Shown here piece by piece: positions 40,001-49,000 of a DNA stretch of 64,000 nucleotides (position 1 is the stretch's first letter; every line of letters begins with the position of its first letter). This stretch comes from Desulfobacterales bacterium (GTDB taxonomy: Bacteria > Desulfobacterota > Desulfobacteria > Desulfobacterales > 4572-123), in contig JAOZSJ010000003.1 in NCBI GenBank assembly GCA_029939715.1, positions 1,880-65,879 on the forward strand. Reading direction: 5' to 3'. The notes beneath the pieces were generated by a model, which had not been told where the DNA came from, ran no database searches, and saw nothing but the letters and a program-made list of their open reading frames with translations. The translations under genes were made by a program, and so were the position numbers.

Positions 40001-43000
40001 TCAAATGCATATCCGCCTGGAGCGATAAGCACCATGAGCTCGGCACCGGAAACACGGACGCCGATTTCCTCACTGTCACTGCCCACAAAAAGATCCACCC
40101 CTGCAGCGGCAATCAGTATCTGTGTCGGGCCATCAGGTGATGTTGTCTTTTCAACGGCAAAACTGCCGGAAAGGTTCCCAAGGGGGGTTTCAAGGGTTAT
40201 ATCATCCGCCCCCAGCCGGCTCATGCCCGCGGCAACATCAAGGATGACCGGTGTAGTGCCGACGGTGATGGATCGATTCACATCCGTAGTCATGGTATTC
40301 TGACTGGCACTGAGAACGCCGCTGAAAACCAGTTCAGGGACACCTGCAATTTCGGCGCTGCCGCCGGCATTAAATGCGTAGGTGCCGTCGGGTTTGATCA
40401 AAAGGGCAAATTGAGCCCCACTGACCCTGACGCCGAGGTCGTCGCCTTTATCCACGGTCTCATTATCATCACCTGCAAAAAACTCGATGCCGGTGCCACC
40501 GGCAATAATTTCATTGGTTACGCTGTTCTTTTCAAAATAAAGTGATCCGGTCAGGTCTGCCACGGGGGTGGACAGGGTAATTAAATCGCCCGAAAAACAG
40601 AGGAGATCGGTATCATCAGGCCCGAAATCAAGAACATGGTCCGTTCCATTGATATTGATCACCTGATGGACTTCATTGCCTGTGGTATTGGCACGCATGG
40701 ACAGGGAGCCGCCAAGGGAGAGGATGCCTTCAAGCCCGGTAAGCGCCACATCCCCGGATGCATCCGCCGCAAATGTAGAGTTGTCGTAAATCACCATCAG
40801 TAAAGAGGCGTCGCTTAATGAAATTCCCACCGAACCGGGTACACCGAGAAAAGTGTCCACATTAATGGCGCCGATCTTGATAACAGGGTCTGAAGGGCCG
40901 GTGGCATCGGATTTTTCAAAGAAAAAATCCCCCTGGATGGATACAAAATCCTCTATTTCTAGGTCTGCAAAACCGGACATGCGAATAAAACTGCCGGCTG
41001 CGTCAAATGTCAACGGTATGCCCGAGACTGTTTCATTGACACTGATACCGGTGTTGAACTCCAGATCAAGGCCGGCACTCATGACCAGATCGTCAATGCC
41101 CGAAAGGTCCGCAACCCCGGCTGCCCTTCCGGCCATGCCGTCCCGGGTCAGGATAAAGGCGCCAAACCCGCCTGCAAGATCCAGGTGTACATTTTCACTC
41201 CCGATGGAAAAAGTCACATCAGAGGCAGTAAAAATCATCGCTGTGCCTGATTGTTTAAAGACAAAGCTGCCCGTGAAAGTCTGGTCAAAAATAGTCAGAT
41301 CGACCCCGGCAGCTTCCACGCGGATAAAAGGACCGGCGGAAACATCAACCACGAGCACCTCTGCCCCGGAATTTTGAATCGTTTCGTAGACAGCAATATG
41401 GGTGGTGTTTACTGCAAGCGTTATATCTGCCGCCATGTTGACCGCACCGGGAATATCGATGGTTGTATGAGCGGACACCTTTCCCGCAAGGCCCGTGGAA
41501 GTCAGTAAAAATACACCATTTATACCGGTGATTTCAGCAAGGGGGTCGGGGTCGTCTCCGTCGGTGAAAAGAATATTTCCGGAGGTAACAGCCACGGTGA
41601 CCGTCTGGGTGTCGTCATCGGTGCCGGCCTGCCGGTCCGGACCGTCTGCTCTCTTTTTCTGAAAAATAAAAGCGCCGTCGGTAATCTCCTGATCGGCAAT
41701 CCCGAGGGTCAATCCAGTGCCGGAAACCGTTATATCGCTCCCGGAAATATCCAGGCTGATATCAGCGGTGAGGATTATGCCGGTATCCGGATTTACATGG
41801 ACGTGAGCCGAGGCCGAACCGGTAAGGCCCGAATCACTGTTCAGGGTAAAACCGCCATGGACCTGAGTCACCGAGACCAGTTCGGTTGTACCGTCACCCA
41901 GCAAGAAGGCCACGTTATCAAAGGCCACATCTATCATTGCCTGGGTTCCTGAACTCACGTCAAAATCAAAATCACCTTCAAGGGTCTGGCCGGCCACATG
42001 AAGTTCCACCCCCGTGCCTGAAATACTGAAAAAGTTGGTTTCTTCATCTGAAAATTTTATCGATACCGTGTCGGTCCCCATCAGGAAAGTCTGATCCACA
42101 GCGCCATCGGTGGTATTCATGTCGAGGCGGAAGGCTCCCGAAAAATCAACATCAGGAACGTTGAAGGCAACCGAGGCGCCAAGGGTTCCGGCAAGCCCGG
42201 TACTGCTTATAACAAAAAATCCTTGACCGTCCGAGAGGGTTAAATACTCACTGTCTGCCGATCCAAAGCCGATCCTGACATTGGATGCGGCAGCGACTAC
42301 GGTCTCTCCTGCCTTTTCAACGGCAAAATCACCGGTCAGGGTCTGCCCGTAAACCGTAAGTTCCACATCCCTGCCGTCAATACGGAAATAGCTTCCCCCG
42401 GGCAGATCAAAATCAAAGTTAATGGTTTCACCGTTGACTTCAATGGCCCCTGTCTTTGCTACCGGAACAGGCATGGTGTTGACTGAAACGGCCAGGCCCG
42501 CTCCGAAAGCGACATCAGCAGAAGCGTTGATTTCAATTCCGGCCTGCATGGTTCCCGCCAGCCCCTGGCTGTTAATTACAAAACAGCCGAACTGGCCTTC
42601 TCCCTGGGCAATGCTGACCGCATCTCCAAGATTAAGTTCCACACCGGAAAAACAGACCGTGAGCAATTTTTCACCATCTTCTGCCGTCACCTGATCCAGA
42701 GAAAAAAAGCCGCTGAGGATCTGGCCGAGAACAATCAATTCAAGGTCGCCGGAAAAACTCATATCGCCGTCACTTACCGTGACGGGATCACCGCCTGTCG
42801 TAAAGGTATAATCAAAACCGATATTATTGAATCGAACCGATGCCGAGCCTGAAAGCTGCGCATCGGACACCCCGAGCAGTTCCACATCACCTTCGGCATA
42901 AAGGGCGTATGAAGAACCGCTTTGAAAAATTTCCACAGATCCGTTGTCCATCAAAAAACCGCTGGCCGCAGCACTGGTTTCCCACAGTTCGGGATCATCA

Positions 43001-46000
43001 CCTGTTTTGACCTTGGCAGGTCCTTTGCCCATGAAGATGCTCAGCCCGGTGCCGGAAAAAACTCCGTTGCCGCCAAAGGAGATCTCATCTCCCTCTATGG
43101 TGACAAAACCGCCTATATTAAGGACAAGATCCGCACCGAAAAACATGAAATAAGGGCCGGTATCGCCGGCAGTTTCGGCAGCACTGAAACTGATGACAAT
43201 TTCACGGCCGTCCAGAATAATGGTTTCATCAACGGATAAACCGGTGGTATTGATCTTGAGTCCGATGCTGCCACCCATATCAAACCCGCCATCAGCGCTG
43301 ACACTGACCTCACCTGAAACCGTACCGGCAATTCCGCCGATATCACTGCCGCTACCGGCAACTATGACAAAAGCACCCTCTCCGTTTATAATTCCGTTGC
43401 CGTCGTAGGTCAGCGAAATACCGGTCATGGCAATTCTGGTCACGCTTGAACCGTCGGGCCGCTCACTTTGATCAAAACTGAAACTGCCTGTAAGTTCAGT
43501 GCCGTTGATGCCGAGGATCGCGTCGGTAACCACGATCCTTACAAACGGACCTGCGCCAAGGGATAGATCTATGGTTTCACCGGCGACCTCAAGGGATTCA
43601 TAAACCGGGACATCCGTGGTGTTCAACTCAATCGACACCCCGGCATCGGCAAGTGATATTCCCGGGACATCAAAATAAGCCGTTGCTGCAAAACTGCCGG
43701 CCAGACCGATGCTGTTGAAAACAAAAACGCCCTGACCACCGGTAACTCCCACATAGTCATTTTCGGTACTGCCAAGAGTCAGGGCAACATCGGATAGGCC
43801 TATAAGGACAATGGCTGAATTGTCGGCGGCGGAAAACTGCTCGATGCTGAAATTTCCGGAAAGAGACTGCCCTGCCGCGGACAGGCTCACATTACTGCCG
43901 CTTACCCGGACATATTTATCCGTGGGCGAGGTGGTATCGATGGCAACGGAAAATACACCTGAAAAAACAACTCCGGGAACCTGGGCTGTAACCAAAGCCT
44001 GGTCAAGAAATCCTGTAATACCGGAACTTTTAATCTCAAGACCGGCGAAATCCGCTGCCACATGGACAAAATCGGAAGTACCGTCCCCAAGAGAGAGCGT
44101 CACCGAATCAGCGGAAAGCGCAACCGTCGATTCACCGCTGTTATCGTCAAATCCGTATTCAAATTCAAAAATTGCGGCATTGAGCCGGATACCGAGGATA
44201 TGAATATGACCGCCGGCAAGTGCCGTCCGCACAAAAAAACCGCCCGGTTCCGCGGCTTCCACCGTCTCACCTGCCAGGGTATGGGCGGTTTCGGTGGTGT
44301 TGAAAAGCAGGGAGACCGTGCCCTCAAGGGTAATGTCACCGCCGAAATCAGGCCCCTGTACAGCGGCATTTACAGCCGCTCCGGCAATACCGTCCGGCGT
44401 AAAGATAAATGCAAATTCCGCATCTTCAATACTGATTACACGGGTCAGTCCTGCCTGCAGTATAAAGTCCAGGTTTTCACCGGAGATGGAAACATCTGCA
44501 CCGCTCTTTTCAAGGGTAAACCGGTCGGCACTCAGCCTGTTTTCAAACACGGTCAGGCTTCCGGAAGCTATTTCCACCCGGACATAGCCGGTGGCAGCGG
44601 CATCTACTGTAATGGTCTGATCATCTATGACCAATGTCCGGGTCTGCCCGGTTGTGTTGACCAGGAGCGAAACGACACCGTCAAGTGAAATATTTTCCAG
44701 ATCCGGTCCTGATACGACGGCATTGATCACACCGCCGGCAATGCCGGTGTCGGTAAATATGAATCCAAAATCAGCATCGTTGATCTCGACAATCCGGGTT
44801 ATGCCGGCCTGCAGTAAAAAGTCCAGATTTTCACCGGAGATTGATACCTCGGCCCCGCTTTTTCGCAGCACAAGGCTATCGGCTGTCAGGCGGTTGCCAA
44901 GAATTTCAAGGGCTGCGGGCTCGTTATCCGACAGGGCCGTTATGCCTAAATAAAAATAGGGACTGTTCGTCCCGGCCGCGGCAACGGTCAACGATTTTCC
45001 GTTTAATTCGAAGGTCTGCACTGTTGTGGTCGTATTAAAGGAGAGCGACAGTTCTCCGGCAAGAGAAATACCCGAAAGTGCAGGACCATTAAAATCGGTT
45101 ATCACAACCCCGCCGGCGATACCGTCATGGGAAAAAATGAATCCGAAGTCGGCCTGCAGGACTTCAACAATCGTCGTTCCACCGGCGGCAAGGTTGAAAC
45201 TGAAGCCCTGACCGGTGACCGTCACTTCAGCGCCGCTTTTTTCAAGAACCAGACTCTGGGCCGTAATTGTGTTGTCCAGTATATCCAGTGTTGCCGGAGC
45301 ACCTGTTTCGGTATCTTCACTGATTTCCACCCTGAAATAAGGGCTGCCCGTCTCGGCCCCTTCAACGGTGATAGTTTCAGTAGTGATATTTTCAAATGAC
45401 TGGATTGTTGCCGTTGTATTGACAAACAGCGACACCGAACCTTCAAGGGTGATAAAATCAAGATCCGGACCGGTCACATCCGCATTAACCAGCACACCGG
45501 CAATACCATCGGAGGTAAAGCGGAATCCGAAAGCAGCATCATTTATCTCAATAATCCGGGTGGTGCCTGCCTGCAGGAGAAAATCAAGGCCCTGCCCCGA
45601 AACATCGATCACCGAACCGCTCTTTTCAAACACCAGGTGATCGGCTGTCAACGTGTTGCCCATAATGCCCAGCTCCGCATCAAAAATCACAGCCTTGACA
45701 TAGAAGCTGTCCGCACCGGCACCACTTACTGAAACAACCTGGCCGCCTGCCATGATCTCCCTGGTGGCCTGTGTTGTATTCACAAACAGATCGGCCCTGC
45801 CGCCAAGGGTAATTTCCCCGGCAAAATCAGGCCCAAACATCCGGGCATCGACAACGGCGCCGACTATCCCTTCCGAATTAAGCTCAAATGCAAAATCCGC
45901 ATTAGTTACAGAGAGTATCCGTCTGTTTTCAACCCCGAGCCGGAATGCAAAACTTAAATTGTTTCCTGAAATGCCGACAACGGCTGTATCGCTGCTGTTT

Positions 46001-49000
46001 TCTTCAATCACCAGCTCATCGATGGAAAAGTCAAAGCTGTCCATCACAGTCAGTGTTATACCGGTACCGACAATTCTGACAAACGGTCCGGCTTCAAGAC
46101 CCAGGGAAAGCAGGGTATCATCAATTGTTGTTTCCAGGTTTACAGCCAGGCCGGTGCTGTTTAAAGACAGCCTGAAAGTCCCTGCCAGGGCAGCTTCCGG
46201 ACCGGCTATGGAAACCCTGGCCCCGCACTCGCCGGCAATACCTTGGGAATCAAGGATAAAAAAACCGCTGGCCTGATCGACAACGACAAGATTTGATCCG
46301 AGGTTAACTTCAACATCATTGAAAACGGCGGTCACAACCGCGTGATTTTCAGATGTAGTCTTCTGCTCTATGAAAAAACTGCCGCTCAGGGTCTGATCGC
46401 CCACGGCAAGTGTTGCCGGGCCGGTTACTTCAATCCTGAAATAGGGGCCTGCGGGAACACTAAGATCAATGGTTTGCCCGTTGACCTCAAAGTTTTTTAC
46501 AACAGCCTCACCGGTGCTGTTGACAGCCAGGGCCACATCACCCTGGAAAGAAAGGGAACCGATTGCCAGCCCGGCGCCAAGATCCAGCTTACCGGCAATG
46601 CCGGATTCCGTTATCAAAAGTGCACCGCTGATATCACTCAATGCTGCAAGGTCACCTGATTCATCACCTATATTCATAAAGGCGGCACTCACCCCGATCT
46701 CTATGGCGCCGTCTCCTCCAGCGGATCTTTCAAAGGAGAACGTGCCTTCCAGCACCTGATCAAGAATGGTAAGAGCAATGCCCCCTTCAAAACTCAAGGC
46801 TCCTGCGATGACTGAAATCGTACGGTCATCGGCCAGAACAACCGACTCGTCACTGCCTGTGTTGTTCACCCGTATAACCGCAGTTCCTGAAAAGGATACG
46901 CCCGGAATTCCCAGCAGCACCACCTGACCTTCGGCATAAAAAACATACTCACCGGCAGCCGGAGTATAAAGTCCGAATGAGGCATCCTGGAGAAGAATAC
47001 CGCTGGCACCGGGATTTATGGAGCCGTCATCAAGGACGCCCGGGCCTTCTCCAAGAAATATACTGGCATCTGCTGCAGAAAGCCGGCCGTCACCTCCGAT
47101 GCTGAAACTGCCCTCGATGACGACAAAATCGGCGATATTGATTCTGCCGCTGCCGAAGAACTCAAAAAGATCGGTTTCCGAAGAATCAAAGAAAATGGTA
47201 TAGATAACGCCGTTAACGTTGATGGTTTCATCAACCGATCCGCCGGTTTTGTTGATTCTCAGCCCCAGAGCCGCATCGACGCCGGCCTGGCCCCCTTCGA
47301 CATGCAGATCGCCGGACATGACGCCTGCAATTCCCCTTGCGGTAATAACGATTGCCCCTGCGCCGTTTTCAAGGGTCTGGTCGCCGATGGTAACTTCCAC
47401 CTCAGTGAGTATGATCCGGGTAATGACGGCACCGTCTGTTTCCCGCTGATCAAAATAAAAATTCCCCTGCAGCAGGCTTTCGCTGTTTCCGGCAATAGTT
47501 GCCGCTGCATTCAAGACAGCCACTCTTACATAGGGTCCTGCAGGGAGTTCAACAAGGTCAGGCGTTTCACCCATGGAAACACTTTCCGACCGCGTATTGA
47601 TCTCAATTAAAACATCTGTTGTATCCAGCTCGAACTGGTCAATCTCAAGGGCAATTGTACCACCCAGCACACCGGAAATGCCGGCATCACTGATATTCAA
47701 AATACCGGTTGTGACCGCAGCTTCAACAAAATCGGTGTTCCCGTCACCAAGGGTAAGGTCGGCATTTGAAACCCCCAGTGTAATCTGATCACCGCTCTTT
47801 TCAAACAGGAAAATACCGCCAAGGCTCTGGCCGGCCGCGGTAATGGAGCCTGCCAATTCGACCTTAAGATACTCGCTGCCCGCTTCAGTCGTATCAAGTT
47901 CCAGCTTAAAGCTGCCGGCAAGTGCAATACCTTCGATCCGAGAGGTAAAATTTTCAAGCAGATCCAGATCAATGGCGGCGATGATCCCGTTTTCGGTTAT
48001 CTGCATGAAACCGCTGCCTGCAAGACTGGCCAGGCTTTTTTCACCGGCGGCAAGTTCAAGTTCATCGATTCGGGTGGTTACGGCAATATCAATGCCGTTT
48101 TTCTCAAAAATAAAAAGACCGGCTATGGACTGATCAAGGAGCGTCAGCGCCCCGTCTAATTCAACCCGCAAATAAGAATCACCGGTTTCATTGACAGCCA
48201 GGATTTCCGGAAGCGCCTCTCCGCCGATGGCGGTAATTGTTTCACCTGTGGTATTGAGCTTAAGTGTAAAACCGCCGTCCATTGCCAGATGATCAAACCC
48301 GGTTGTAGAACCCGCGGCGACGGACAGTTCGATAAACGCACCAATACCGCTGGTGTTTATCAGCATTGAACCTGCACCGGTCAATTCAATCAGGCTTTTG
48401 TCGCCTGCCTTCAGCTCAAGGCTGTCGATATCTGCACCAGCCCTGATAGAGGCGCCGTCTTTTTCGAAAACAAATTTTCCGGCAAACAGTTGATTAAACG
48501 CTGTCAGGGTCCCATCCATCTCAATGAGAAAATATGCATCCCCGGCGTCATTTACCGCAAGCTCTTCCACAAGAGGCGTTCCACCTATGTGGGTGACCGT
48601 TTCACCGGTGGTATTAATTTTAAGATGAAAAGTTCCGTCCAGTGAAACCAGATCGATGGTTGAATCCGCAGTCAATGTCAAATCAAAAACGGCGGCAATG
48701 CCCTTTTCACTGATCTGGATAAAACTGTCTGTGATGGAAAACAGAGCAAGACTTTTAGCCTCATCTCCGGCACCTGTTTTTAAATCCAGGATAGCGGATG
48801 TGATATGAACAAAAATATTCCCATTGTCCAAACCAAAAGAAAAATCCCCCGAGATGGTCTGCCCCAGAATTTCCCAGGAACCGGAAATATCGGCAGACAG
48901 TGATTTGCCGGCCAGAAATGAGGCCAGTGCATTTTTCATACCTGGGTCATCCGCGGTACTTACCTGCAGATCATCAGAGGCGTTCACCACTTCGAGTACC

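Larger units (their letters stand above)
26050..48900 (-). repeat. Tandem array of roughly 45-50 copies of a ~120-aa (350-380 nt) coding module. Consensus: L.LPAGPY.R..G..V.L.I.GQ.L.GDF.FEQ......V..AA.NV...LGDG..D.V....G.G.F.I...G.AG...G.V...IPGV...G...L.INTT...V.E
   Basis: The reverse complement of the FxFEQ/K motif recurs on the plus strand at 33521, 33871, 34231, 34611, 34981, 35351 and 35716, i.e. every 350-380 nt. Hand translations at 34681 (ELPAGPYV) and 44461 (FTLEKSGADVSISG) confirm it. Antisense track ORFs repeatedly read CSKxKLPxxVCPR, which is the reverse-complement reading of GQxLxGDFxFEQ. The copy number is estimated from span divided by period, not counted one by one. Confidence 0.8.

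Noticed and set aside
26050-48900. The regular ~370-nt periodicity could superficially suggest a CRISPR array or a satellite.
   Set aside because: The period is far too long. There are no short identical direct repeats with unique spacers. The units are diverged at the DNA level and conserved at the protein level in one reading frame.
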